In this document: piece after piece, positions 15,079 to 28,026 of the stretch
How the letters are laid out: each line of letters opens with the position of its first letter
Numbering within the stretch: the stretch's first letter is position 1
NCBI GenBank assembly: GCA_048128005.1
Contig: JBEUKZ010000033.1
Location: 1 to 43,453, forward strand
Direction of reading: 5' to 3'
DNA: 43,453 nucleotides
Origin: Veleropilina oligotropha
Taxonomy: Eukaryota
Made by a program: the position numbers and the translations under genes
Notes under the pieces: model-generated
What the model was told of the DNA's origin: nothing
What the model saw: only the letters and a program-made list of their open reading frames with translations
The model's database searches: none

Positions 15079-16344
15079 TATATAGTGGCATATGAAAGGT
15101 TGGTTTTGGCGTAATAGTTTTTATTCCTCTTCCTTCGAACAAACCGTTTCTGCCTGACTGGTAGTGCAAGATTGCAAATCAACCCTATGAATACACTCTC
15201 ATATATTAGATGTGCATATTGTCTACATAGTACTACAGATACGACAGAAAAATTGTCAAAACGTGTTCGCATAATAAACTGATTTCAAATCAGATCACAA
15301 CGTGTATACATTTTGATCCACCCACATACATTGACAATTGGTAACAATTTGCTCTTGAAAGGCATACAAATAATAGAAACCCAATGGTGGAGAATAAGGG
15401 AATGGTCATTTATTATATGGAGGGGTGGGACGGGCCGGTGGAAATGGTGGGTGAGTCATGAAAAACACACACAGGGTTTAGGGGTCGGTCATGAAATAAA
15501 ACACAGTGTTTGGGGGTGGATCATGAAAAATGACACCACATTTTGTAATACTCAGAATGCATGTGGCAGTGTTTTACCCTGTTAATTGTCAAAATTTTAT
15601 CTGCGTGAGGCCCAACCCCACGCGAGCAATTGATCACAGGTTGTGAAGGTTGTGACCCCATTTCAAAATGACACTGGATTTAGGCTGGGTCATGAAAAAA
15701 AGTGTGTGGGGTGGGTAATAAACAAACTACACAATATTGTGTAATACAAAAATTACGTGTGGTTTGCAGTCTCAGAATGCAGGGGGGGGTCACATCGTTA
15801 ATTGTCATAAACTGTCTCTGCTTTAGGGGTGGGTCATGAAAAACATGTATTTTGTGATATTTTATGAAAAAATTACACAACTTGTGATTATATCCATAGA
15901 GTTGATAGTGATTCGTAAATGATGGTGGTGAGAAATATCACTCTCAGAATGCAGGAGAAGGGGTTTCACACAGCTAATTGTCCAAATTTTATCTGCGCCG
16001 GAACCCACACGGACAGTTCATAACAAATTGTAACAGTTGAATTCTACCCATCTAGTCCAGCAGAATGGTGCAGATTTAAATCACAATTGTGGGTTTTGGA
16101 TTAAAAGCATGAAATTTGGCATATTACTAGGAAATGGCCTGCTAAATATTTCTAGATAAGGGGCCACTTGATTTCATCAAAGATGGCTACCAAATTCAAG
16201 ATGGCTGCCAACCAGGACAATAACTTAATTTTACATGAAAATATGGGCACACCACTTTTTTAAATATTTGTCTTTCACTGTTATTTACAACAGACACATT
16301 ATGTGTTTAAAAATGCGAATATATATAACTGTGGTAAATTAACT

Positions 16345-18345
16345 AATGCCTTTTTAAATCAAGATTCATAATATCAACTGGATTCCCCGTGCATATGGCA
16401 ATTGTTACACCTTCAAAGAATTCCAGTAAGTTGAATAATCAAGACCTTTTCTCAATAAATCCATGCTGATTAAGGTTTAGCAAGTCAAATTTATTAATAT
16501 GTTCTAAGATAGCATCCTTTAATATATATTTCATTATCGTGCCTACTATTGATGTCAGACTAACAAGTATATACTTCCATTCTTTAAGATTGGGGTAATA
16601 TTACCAGTTTTCCAGTCATCAGGCAAACAGCCTTCTTTTTAAAATGTAATGAATATCATAGCTAATAGCTTTACTAATTATCCCCCCGCAAAAAAAAATG
16701 TGCGGGGGATATTAAAATGCAGACCGTCCGTCCGTGCAAATTATCTTTTCCTGAGCATATCTCATACACCGCTCGACAAAACTTTTCGAAACTTGCTGTG
16801 TGTATTAAGTACTCGGTGAACTGGTGCCTTTTGCTAGTTTCGACGTTGTGCCGTTATTATGAACAGAGTTATTGCCCCTGTTGTAAATTCGTTAATGTTA
16901 TCTTTTCCGGACCGTATCTCAAACACCGTTCAACGTAACTTTACGAAACTTGCTGGATGTATTAAGTACTTGGTGAACTGGTGCCTTTTGCTAGTATCGA
17001 CGTTGTGCAGCGATCATTAACAGAGTTATTGCCCTTGGTGGTAATTCGTTAATGTTCCCTTTTTCGGATTGTATCTCAAACACCGCTCGACGTAACTTTA
17101 CGAAACTTGCTGGGTGTATTAAGTAGTCGGTGAACTGGTGCCTTTTGCAAGTTTCGGCGTTGTGCGGCGATTATTAACAGAGTTATTGCCCTTGATGTAA
17201 TTTGTTAATGGTCTCCTTTCAAAAGCGTATATCCTAAACCTCTCAGCATAACTTCATGCAATTTGGTGGGTGTATTAAGCAGTTAGTGAGCTTGTACCTT
17301 TCGCTCATTTCGACGTTGTACGGAAATTATTACCAGAGTTATTGCCCTTGCTTCAAATGTGTTATTCCTGACTATATCTCATTAAGTGCCTGACTTATCA
17401 TTACGAAACTTGGTGGGTGTATTTAGTAGTTGGTTAACTGGTGCTTTTTCATAATTTTGACGTTGTGTGATGATTAAAGACAGAGTTATTGCCCTTGTTA
17501 TTATTTAAAGCAATGATATTGTGCTTATCCCATTGTAATTCCAAGAACATACAGCATATAGTAATTGTGAATGTACCATTGTCCGAAGAGGCACTCCAGT
17601 CCAACTAATATCGCCAAATTCATAACACTAGTTGGTGGCGACATGTTTCAGAAAAGCATATATATATAATATATAAATGGTTGATATTTTGGAAAGTTAA
17701 ATGCTACAGTCTTAACAGATGTCATTTTGAGCAGGAAATGTCTACTCCTCTGAAAAATGTTACATAGAGAAGGACAAATAGCTGTTTTCAAAACATTTCA
17801 ACTTTCAATGAGCTTACGGATTTCAGTTCTTGTACCATTGCGGGTGATATTCTTCCTTACCGGTTTTTAGCAATCTGGGATACATATTGTTCGACCATGG
17901 AGCTTTACTAACATGTAACAAGTTTATTCTGTTTTCAACAATTTCAGTGGTAATCTCAATACTTTCTAAAAAAATGTCATGGTCTTGAAAAAATAGTTTT
18001 AGTGGTGGCATGTTTACCGTATCCTCCAATGTATACACAGACGCAAAATATTAGATAAAGGATTTTGAGATTTGTGTATTATCTGATATCAAATTTCCAT
18101 TTTCATCTTTCAGGGGGCTTACGACAGCTTTTGGTATTTTTGCTTTGACCCAATATAAGCATAAATAATTTTTGATTAAAATGATGTTTTATGCTACATA
18201 GCTTCTCGGATTGCTTTTTACACATTTTCTCACATTCTTTTTATATTTGGTGGCCTTCTGTGTCATGTGACTCTTTGAATCGTTTCTAATGCTTATATTT
18301 CCTTCTTATATTTATCTTAATTTCCTGATTAACCAGAACAAATAA
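16345..18345 (-). mobile_element. CR1/L2-clade LINE ORF2 fragment (degraded RT), split by an insertion
   Basis: Minus-strand translation gives YFASVYTLED, SKAP..NMYPRLLK (18045-17850), then LPDDWKTGN, VSLTSIV, NQHGF, NLLEFF and a VDI.NLDF-like motif (16676-16345), all typical of CR1 ORF2. Confidence 0.8.
16680..17848 (+). mobile_element. HINE/pearl-like element carrying a ~157-bp satellite array (5 units)
   Basis: ATCCCCCCGCA..TGCGGGGGATA subTIR/IR, CCGT microsatellite, tandem units marked by AGAGTTATTGCCC at ~16865, 17023, 17180, 17336, 17482; 3' end TTGCGGGTGAT. Confidence 0.75.
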
Positions 18346-18369
18346 TGTCATGTCTCAACCAAGACTGCC

Positions 18370-18630
18370 GGCCGCTTCGACAGTCGTGTGGTATCGGTTG
18401 TGGATTCCGAAAATCATTGACTTGATTCGGCTGGCTCAAACCTCTGCAGAACCATCACACATTTTGTTCGAAGTTATGAATCACAGTTGTCCCTAACTGG
18501 TCGGAGAGGGTGGGTTTACCCGGGCGACCGGGCTTTCCTCCCGCTATAATATGGCCAGGTCCTGCTTTGAACCAAATGATCGTTGGAAATATACAAGACA
18601 TTAAAAGCATCGAACCTTTCTTTCCTTTCC
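18370..18630 (+). mobile_element. tRNA-derived SINE, V-domain-like
   Basis: Homologous to 30428-30694 (-) and 42727-42946 (+); central GGGTTTACCCGGG..GGCTTTCCTCCC resembles the V-SINE domain; CTTT tail. An inverted head fragment follows at ~18640-18698. Confidence 0.65.
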
Positions 18631-20482
18631 CAACCAAGATTCGAATCCACTACTATTCGTGAGTCTTCAACCGAAACCATACGACTGTCGGAGCGGCCAG
18701 TGGTTTGTGAACGAAGTGTATGATTATAATATAAAAAAGGTATTTCATTTGAAATGGTTCGTTCATAACTATCAGATAAAACACGTTTAAATAGAAATAG
18801 CCGAGTTATGACGAAATTATACAACTGAATTGCTATAATGACAAGTATTATATCGCTTATCAGTTGCCGCCATTTTGAATTTGGCATTCATTTTAACATA
18901 TTTTGTATCTACACAACATAAAACAAGACAAGATTTATGTATTCACATCTTTAAACACATAATGTGCTTGTTGTAAATAACAGTGTTAGACAAATATTTT
19001 AAATGGTGGTGTTTAAAGTCCATATTATCATGTGTTATCAAGTTATTGTCATGTTTGACGGACATCTTAAATTTGGAGGCCATTTTGGATAAAATCAAGT
19101 GGCCCCTTATCTACAAATATTTAGCAGTCCATGTCCTAATAATGTTCCAAATTTCATGATTTTAAATCAAACCTCACAATAATTATTGCCCCTATCTGCA
19201 GGACTACTAGTGGTCTTTTTTCTTATCAATTATTATTGGTGCAGGACATCTAAAATATGGCTCTTTGCTTGTGTAGATGCATTTTATTATAATGTAAAAA
19301 GGTATTTAATGTGACTGTTACGTTTTTAACTATCCGATAAAACACCTTTAAATAGAACTAGTCGAGTTACGACGCAATTATGCAACTTAATTTAAGTATT
19401 TTATCTCAAATCAGTAACCGCCATTTTGAAATTGGCGTTCATTTTAGCATATTTTGTATCCACCCAACATTAAAACAAGACAATATTTATGTTTTAACAT
19501 TTTTAAACACGTAATATGCCTGTTGTAAATAAAAGTGTAAGATAAATATTTTTTAAAATGGTGTTTAATGGCCATATTTTCACGTGTAATTGAAATATTG
19601 TCCTGGTTGGCGGCCATCTTAAATTTGGTGGCCATCTTGGATAAAAATCAAGTGGCCCCATATCCAGAAATATTTAGTATGTCATTTCCTAATAATATGC
19701 CAAATTTCATGCTTTTAACCCAAAACCCACAATTATTGCACCAATCTGCTGGACTGCTTTTCAAAATGATACAGGCTTTAGGAGCGGGCCATGAAATAAT
19801 TCCATAACGCTCTGTGAAACCCATACAGCTTGATGTGTACCGACCACACCAAAAATATTTCAGTTATAATCGGGTCAATCGATTACTAGGTATATTAGAA
19901 TAAAGGACACGTGATCCAGGGGTGGGTCAAGAAAAAAGACACACGGTCCGGGGAGGGTCGCCATTTTTACACAAGTAGACCATTTCCAATATTTAACGTA
20001 TATCTTAAATGCATTAAAGTCATAAAGCTGTATATTTCAAGAATGAATGACAGGTATATTTGCTATATCATATTGTATCTGTTGTGCTGCAAGAATTCTT
20101 GTGAACTATATATTGCTACGTACTAATTATGATGAGACAATATACTAAGACGCAGATATTCCTTATATACTCAATGTATCAAAGGCAGAAACATTTTGAT
20201 ATTTTTGCTTGTTGTATACATCTTTCAAACGTATTAGAACACAAACGCATGATAATATCAAATAGCATGATGAGCGCTCATATTGTGTCTGAGACTACAT
20301 ATCAGTCGTAGAATAACCACTAAGACGTCTATTATCGTATACGAAAGGAAGATATACTAGAAACAAGACAATCTGAGAGTGCAAACTTTCGCTCCAGTTA
20401 CAAGTGACAAGGAACGCGATGCAATGATGAAAGCCAAAAATATATACCCCTAATATAATAATTTTTCCACTAGAGCAGGCAT

Positions 20483-21098
20483 AGCGAAAACCATAAACGA
20501 CGTCATTAAATCCGAATCTCAATCTGCATTGCGACAATTTTTGGTATTTTCTTTTTTAGTGGGATAGTTAGCCGTGCGTTAAAACTTGAAAGAAATCGGA
20601 CAAGGGTATATCGAGAAACAGCCACTGACAGACAGACATGCGTACTTACGTACAAACAGCCCCTGACAGACAGACATGCGTATTTACATACAAACAGCCC
20701 CTAACAGACAGACATGCGTACGTACATACAAACAGCCCTGACAGACAACCATGCGTACGGTACATACATCCAAAGAGCCCCTGGCAGAGACATGCGTACT
20801 TAAATACAAACAGCTCCTGACAGACAGACATGCGTACTTACATACAAACAGCCCCTGACAGACAGACATGCGTACTTTCATACAAACAGCCCCTGACAGA
20901 CAGACATGCGTACTTACATACAAAGTTGAAACAGCCCCTGACAGACAGACATGTGTACTTACATACAAACAGCCCCTGACAGACAGACATGTGTACTTAC
21001 ATACAAACAGCCCCTGACAGACAGACATGCATACTTACATACAGACCGACCCAATCTCAATACCCTTCGCCCAATACGTAGTGGGTGAGGGTGATAAT
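20483..21098 (-). mobile_element. HINE-like element with internal minisatellite
   Basis: Related to 6930-7152 (GCGAAAACC.TAAA..CGTCATTAA, GAAATCGGACAAG..CGAGAAACAGCC, CCGACC.AAT..CAA.ACC). Confidence 0.55.
20616..21042 (+). repeat. 38-bp minisatellite, about 11 copies
   Basis: Unit AAACAGCCCCTGACAGACAGACATGCGTACTTACATAC starting at 20616, 20654, 20692 ... 21005. Confidence 0.92.
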
Positions 21099-21349
21099 AA
21101 GTTTGATAATGAAAGTGTCAATTGCCTTCAAATAGAGAGGTACAACAACAACATTTTGAGAAGTTTTTATTACACATTTTGTTCGGAAAATCTAAGTAGA
21201 AACTTTCTGAATTGCACCGTATAGTACTTATTACACACGTTTTATCTGATTGTGATATACCATAATGAGATGAATGCATATCGATGCTCTATTATTGATT
21301 TGATAAGGAAAGATATCTAATATACCAACGTTTCGCTTTCTTGTTGTAG

Positions 21350-21489
21350 GATTTAGTATGGAGGTTACCATTATCAGTCATGGGGCCGTGACGTACTACG
21401 TACGAGCGCCGGCTCTCTACCAGCATTTGCCCGTCATTCCATCTGAAGTGCATACTGTCAATTTGACATGGGAAGCTGGGTCGGAAATG
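21350..21489 (+). CDS. WIF1: WIF-domain protein (WIF1/Shifted-like), second coding exon
   Basis: Acceptor TTTCGCTTTCTTGTTGTAG|, phase compatible with exon 1 (G+GA = Gly); encodes FSMEVTIISHGAVTYYVRAPALYQHLPVIPSEVHTVNLTWEAGSEM with the WIF motif PxIPxxVxxxNxTW; donor ATG|GTGAGT, phase 0. Confidence 0.85.
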
Positions 21490-21654
21490 GTGAGTTGGAT
21501 TAATAATGTGAAGATTTATCTGAGCTTTCCCACACACACGAGATGCGTGCTGTTCATTCAATATTCCTTCTCAACTCTCTCTGAGAGTATTACGGCCAAG
21601 TACATGCCTGTTAGGCACTTGAACAGTCATTCTGACATATTCTGCCACTGCCAA

Positions 21655-21801
21655 CCAGGTACCCATTTAGATCTCGCATCGGCTGGGTGAACCGAGGCAA
21701 TATATTCTTAATTCCTTGCCCAAGGGAAGTCGCCGGGATCGGGGTTGAACCCCAAACCTCTCGAGTTAGAGGCCAGTGCATCTACCGCTGTACCACGGCT
21801 G
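21655..21801 (-). mobile_element. tRNA-derived SINE (CORE/Deu-like body)
   Basis: On -: A-box-like GTGGTACAGCGG, B-box-like GGTTCAACCCC, then CCTTGGGCAAG...CACCCAG...AAATGGGTACCTGG. Confidence 0.6.
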
Positions 21802-22838
21802 CTACTGTACCACTGATTATCGAGATAAAGTAGTTCATGTAAACTATGGATAAAGTAACACTTAATCACATAACGGGAAGTGCGAACTGTTTGAGTTGTT
21901 TGATTTGATGCTTAACCACCACACCATGGGCCGATTCCTGTGCTATAGTTTAACTAAAGTGTAATTTAGCGAATATCAGATGTTCAACTATAGTTTTACT
22001 AAACACGACTTCTTTAAACTCGTGTATAACAACTTGTTTAAACGGATTCATATGTCCTAGTTTTAGTGTAGTTTAAGTTAATTACAGGCATTCTGTGAGG
22101 CTTGCAATTGGTGACGCCGGAAAATCGTTCTGCCTGTAGTAATGCGTAAAATATATCGAATAGTAGAGTGTATAGAGATATTTAAATATGTTCATTTGAA
22201 ACGAATAATGGAAAGGATCATGAACGGAAGCAAAAAGCGTTAAGCCAATATAATATACGGAAGAGGACAATAAATTATTGGTTGATCGTGTCCAAGACCA
22301 AAGCGAAATGGCAGAAATTAAAGAAAATTAATTTGTTCGCTGTCACTAAAAAATAAAAACAGGGAACGCTGTTAATCTAATACTTACTATACTCTCGCTC
22401 TGTGTCACGCCATGGGAGATAACTCTAGTGTATATTATAACGCATGTGCAGATGTGTCGCGCATATTGCCACAATTAAAGTCTCTGTGGGACCAGTTAAT
22501 TGATCATGGTCGAAACCACAACACAGAAAATAAATATATGGACTGCGGAAAACTATGGTTTTCTGTTAATGTAATCATATCATGTGATGTCCGCACGATG
22601 GAACGATGGTGTGATGCGATAGAGTGATGACGAATCGTTCCATCATATCACTCCATTGTACCATCGGATCGATCCATCGACATCGGTTCATTATACCATC
22701 GCATTGTTGCATCGTATCATTTATCTATCGTACACGATGGTACGATGAAGTAAAATTACAGCAAATAAAACCGGAACCAGACAGACGCCTATAGCTCAAA
22801 GCTGACACTGTCGAATGATATAACGAGAATGCATATTA

Positions 22839-23051
22839 TATGTAGTTACAAACTTACTTACGTCCTTACACTTGCCATAATAGTCATATTATTGCTAACC
22901 GGAAACAGTGAATAATGTCACATTTTATGCACTATTAAGTCAAAACACTACGATTACCTCCCCTGCTCCCCCTCTCTAAGTTCCCCGGCGAGATATCGCC
23001 AAGTCTCGCGAGATGTCCGAGCTCAAGGTCAAAAGGCCTCAATTCAAAGTT
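22839..23051 (+). repeat. DIRS A left ITR
   Basis: Reverse complement of 29810-30008 with at least 3 substitutions and one homopolymer indel, plus a unique 5' end TATGTAGTTACAAAC. Confidence 0.92.
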
Positions 23052-23752
23052 TTCCGCCATATTGGAAAAACGTGTTTTGTTTTGCTCCGCAAAAATTGTT
23101 CTGTCTAGCGATTTATACGTTAAATCTTCTTATAACAATTCAAGTTATAAGCACTGGATATTACCCTGTGGATGAAATAAACATCAGTGAAGAGAAGATT
23201 TATATCTAGACTACTTCGAAGAAAGTTGTGAGATTGGTGAAATCGACATCGCCGCCATTGCCGATAAAAGCAAGGGCCGCTCAGAGGGGAAGTTTCGTTA
23301 ATAAGGAAATTTCTGGTCGGTGTATTTATCTGATATTGTTTGAGACTTCAAAAACGGTAACTCATTATATTAGATAATTCCTTAACGACGTTTTGCTGGT
23401 AATTATTGTTTAATATTTAGCGTCGGTAAAAGGCAGGATTGTTTAGATTTCAACTTTAGTTATTCTGATATCCTGCCGTTACTGGGATAATACGCCACCG
23501 TACTAACTTTAAAAACATCCACGAGGTTTTCAGGTGTTTTCTCTAAGAAAAAAACCCCTTTTTAGTCTATTGCCGGGTTTTATTAACCGGCCTCAGTGTT
23601 CCCAGCTCGGGGTTATTTTCGGTATATCGCCTGATCTCTGATCTTCAGATTAGGTGCAATCTAAAGGGTTGTAGTAGTAAAGTCACAACTACCAAACTTA
23701 TACTTTTTTAACTACCCTGTCCACCCACGATCACCCTCCCGTGTATTCAGCT

Positions 23753-25979
23753 ATGGTCCGGTGCAGCGACTCCGGGTGTAACCAGAAGATTCACGGATTT
23801 GATAGGCACACGGAATGCCGTATTCATCGTAATTGCAGTAAGACATATAAATGTGAACTGTGCCTTTGTTTAACAGATAGGCAGTGGGCGATCATCTTCC
23901 CACCAGTGAAGCCGACCAGGGCGGTTGCCACGGTGGGTCCTCCCCCGGAGAAGGGACAAAAATGGTAGGTTAAGGGATAACGTTTCTTTGTCTACTTCAG
24001 GGACGCTAGACGACAGTCGACTAAGGGTACCGTCTGTCGCCGGATCTACCGGCGAAACCTCCGTGACTCATAGGGGAGTCGCCAAAACCTTGCTGGGACC
24101 CCAGACTCAGGTAGGAGCCCGAGAGCTGTCCGATCCTCCTCAAACGAGCCTAGTAACTGCAGCCAACCATACCTTGCCAGCTAGCAAGGTATATCTGGCA
24201 GCGCAGCGAACCGCTGAACAGGGCAGACAATCCCCATCCTATTCTTCGGCCTCGAAGAATACGGGGAACGTTAGTCCTTCTGCGGGAAACTCTCCGCTTA
24301 GCGGCGGAGAGCAACCCAATGAAAAAGCCAATAAAGAGGCCGGACACCATTACGATGGTCTAAGATCAGGACAATTGGCGACGCCTGAAACCTCGTCCGA
24401 GACCGACGCGACTAACCCTTGGGTTTTTCCGCTCAACCTCGGAGCTCACGAGTGTTTCAGAGGGCCCGTTATCTCCCATGCACCCACAGGGGCAACGCTA
24501 GATAACGCGGACGGACCGGCTGCGTTCGGACAGAGGTTTTACGGTGACCCGACCGTGCCTCGCTCGAACAGAGTGGTAGACCAGTACGGACTATGGCCGC
24601 AGTCCTACAGGTCGCCCGTCCCACTGAATGCGCCTTCGGGCCATTCCTTCGGGTACGACCGCTCGACGGGTGGCCCGAGACCCTGGTTCTCGGCTCCACC
24701 TGTCCGTGCAGCCCGTCAACCTTGCGCCACGGTGACTTCGACCAAACTACCGGCTGTTAGTTCGACGCCCGTCATGCCTCCGGGTTTCTCGTACGAGAAT
24801 CGCCAGGCTATGTTCGTGGCGGAGTTCGAGTCCAGCTGTAAGGCCTGGCGACCGGCTACCCAGCTGGCCCAGTTCCCTGAACCTCTGCCCGTGGCGCAGA
24901 GCACGGCTCCTGCATCGATGATGGAGATCGACCCTCATTCCGATGAGGATCTCGACTCCACTCACTCCGACCTCCCTGAATCGGTCAGGCCCGAAGACGC
25001 TTGTAGTCTCTCAGGCACGCAGGAGCCGATCTCCACCACCCGCCAAAGGCTAAACGCCGTTGCGTCACTTCGCGGGGTGCTTGGTCTGCCAGAACCGACT
25101 CGGTCAGATGTAGGCCTGACCAAGCACAGGACGGTTTGTTGAGAAGGAAGCCCCCTTGCTTCCTTCCTTACCTCAGTCTGGGCTCGTTGATCTAGTCGTC
25201 GACTCGACAACCAAGCTCATTCAGGGGCGCAATCCTCCCCGTTGACGGAGTTCCCTTCGGGGTTCCGTAGTGGGAATTACCTCCGGGCCAGTTTGCGTTC
25301 GATCCCGTTTGCATGTACTGGTCCGTGCCTGGCGACTGAGCCGGATCGGGTTGATGCAGCGATGCATCGACTGACCGCCAGACACACTCCCTCTGTGGCG
25401 AAAGTTCCTTGGGCCGCCTTGGAAGCTTTCGAGAGCTCCGCCCGACGGGCTCTGCGGCTGTCGTCCGTTCAGGATTTTTTCCTAGACGGGGCGATAACCG
25501 TACTACAGGAGGAAGGACCCGGTGCCCGCGAGGCAGCCCTGTCCTTCCTACAGGAGGTTGCTGCCGTTATGGAGACCAGCGCGTTGGAGATGGGACGTGT
25601 CCTGGGTAACGCTCTCCTACTTCGTAGGGATGCTTGCCTGGAAGGCACCTCGCTGGATGAGGCCACCCGGCGCTCATTGCGATGCGTCTCTTGCTCGGCC
25701 ACCACTCTGTTTGGAGACAATTTCTCGGAATTCGTCGACAAGAGAGCGGCAGACCTGAAGGACCGTGCCATCGAGAAGGCGGTGCTGCACCCCCCCCCCC
25801 CCCCGGGTCCACCCACCGACTCGAGGAAGCGTTCAGGGCCCACCCGGACCCCAAAACCTTCCAAGCGTGCAAGGCCCTCTTCTGGTGGTAGGCCCCTGGC
25901 CAGTAAACCCACACAGAAGAGGCAAGCACCTCCAACGAAATCCCGTCAGAGCGGGAGAGGGAAGCTGCCTCGGCCCTAG
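23753..25979 (+). pseudogene. DIRS A gag (ORF1), frameshifted
   Basis: N-terminal Cys/His cluster (CSDSGC..H..C..H..C....C..C); small deletions relative to copy B near 23960, 25134 and 25235; basic C-terminus ending in TAG. Confidence 0.8.
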
Positions 25980-28026
25980 GGCTGCCGGCACACACGACGG
26001 CCCCAGCTGCCCGCTTCCGCCAGGGGGAGCGTGTCTGTTAGCGTACAGCCAGCCGTGGCTGGATCTAACAGACAGCAGCTGGGTCCACTCAGTCGTGAGT
26101 GCCGGATACAAGTTGGCATTCAACCGGCATCCGACCCTAGCCGAGGCACCACCACCAAGCCGCGCTCGCCCCCTGCAAGGCGAGAAACAAGCGGTCTTAG
26201 ACCAGGCAGTGCGGGACTTACTCCTTAAAGGAGCGATATATCCCGCGCCGCCCAGCACACCATGATTTTACAGCCATTTCTTCCTGGTCCCGAAACCCGA
26301 TGGCCGCTGGCGACTGATCCTCGATCTCTCGTATCTCAACCGATATCTTCGCACCGAGAAATTCCAGCAAGAAACCCTCTCGAAGATACGAGCGGCCATC
26401 CGTCCGGGCGACTGGGCAGCGTCTATCGATCTGACCGACGCATATCTGCATGTCCCGATGCATATCACGGCTCATCAGTACCTTCGGTTTATACACGGGG
26501 AGACGATCTACCAATTCAGGTGCCTACCGTTCGGTCTATCGTCAGCCCCGTACGTCTTCACGAGAACAGTACAGGCCCTCGGAGCCTTCCTACACTCTCT
26601 AGGGCACAGGGTACATATGTACCTCGACGACTGGCTGATCCTAGGGGCATCCCGGGATCTGTGCCACCGGTCTACGAGCTTTACCCTGTCATCGGCGAAG
26701 CGACTGGGATTTCAGATCAACGAGACAAAATCCTGCTTCGTACCCTCCAAGACGTTTATGTTTCTCGGAGTCGAGTTCGATACGGTCCGGTACACCGTGA
26801 AACCGACCCAGAAACGTATACGGAACCTTCGCACGGTTATTCAAGACACCCTGTCATCGGAGATAACTACGGCGCGACAACTGGCCACTGTCCTGGGGCA
26901 CATCGAGTCGGTAGCGACCCTGCTACCGACGGGTCGAATAGACAAACGACCATTACAACAGGCGTTCAGAGATCGCTGGATACAACGGACGGGGCAGTGG
27001 ACGGATCGTATCGATCTTCGGCATTGGTTTACTCGCACGGCAGCAGTGTGGCTGAACCCTGCTTTGCCGAGCCAGACGGTTCCTATATCCCCGCCAGAGC
27101 CGAACGCTTACCTGTTCACAGACGCTTCGAACAACGGCTGGGGTGGTCACCTCGACAGTTACGAGACATCGGGCCTATGGCCGACGGACCTTCATGGACG
27201 ACACATAAACTACCTAGAGCTAGAAGCGGTCTACCTGACAGTACGGTCCCTCTCGTCACATCTCCGCAACAAGCACATAATGCTCGCCACGGACAATACG
27301 ACTGTCGTCGCTTACATTCAACACCAGGGCGGCACTCGCTCGCATCCCCTTTGCGACCGAGCAATCGACCTACACCGCCTAGTGATGTCCCTCAACTCGA
27401 CGATACGAGCAAGACACATCCCGGGAAAGCTGAATGTCAGAGCGGACTCGCTCTCTCGGAAATCACAGATTATACACACAGAGTGGACGCTACACAGCCG
27501 AGTAGCTCGGGACATTTGTCGCCGGTGGTCACAACCCCAAGTCGATCTGTTTGCAACAGAATTCAATCACCGACTACCTCTGTATGTCTCCCCGTACCCG
27601 GACCCCGCCCTAGTGGTCGACGCGCTGTCAATGACATGGGAGAATCTGTCCGTGTATGCCTTCCCCCCGTCGTGCATCCTGTCACTTGTACTACAGAAGG
27701 CACCGAAGGAATGTTGTGAGATAATGCTAATCGCGCCCCTGTATCGCACGCAACCTTGGTTCCCGACCCTCCTCGATCTGATCGCAGAGACCGGACCTGT
27801 TAATGCAGTCGCGCAGTCGTGTGTTACACCCGTCGTCGAACGACTTACGTTTACACGCCTGGCGCTTATCGAACGATCCCTCGCTAAGAAAGGATTTCTC
27901 GCGCTACAGCCCTACGCATCTACCGATCGAGAAGGCTTTCCACGTCTAAAGTATACGACTACCGATGGGTCAAATACGTGGATTGGTGTCACAGCCGGCA
28001 GGTCAATATTCTCCGCCCCCCTGTGA
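25867..28026 (+). pseudogene. DIRS A pol (RT, RNase H, methyltransferase-like)
   Basis: IDLTDAY, LPFGLSSAP, YLDD, FTDAS, HINYLEL, TDN, NVRADSLSR, DLFA, YAFPP; TGA at 26263-26265 (GGA in B); 23-nt deletion near 27784. Confidence 0.92.

Larger units (their letters stand above)
16053..19756. mobile_element. DNA transposon with long inverted arms (TAGTCCAGCAGA termini)
   Basis: TAGTCCAGCAGAATGGTGCA at 16053 versus TGCACCAATCTGCTGGACTG ending 19756; ~280 bp of the arms are complementary; a further minus-strand arm copy ends at 19206. Confidence 0.65.
15398..19987. mobile_element. Old TIR element with repeated GGGTCATGAAAA motifs, outer shell of a nest
   Basis: GGGAATGGTC (15398) and GACCATTTCC (ends 19987) are inverted; GG(G)TCATGAAA-like motifs recur in 15450-15845 and again in 19785-19965. 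Confidence 0.4.

Noticed and set aside
20616..21042. CRISPR-like regular repeats
   Set aside because: Head-to-tail units with no unique spacers, eukaryotic context, no cas genes.
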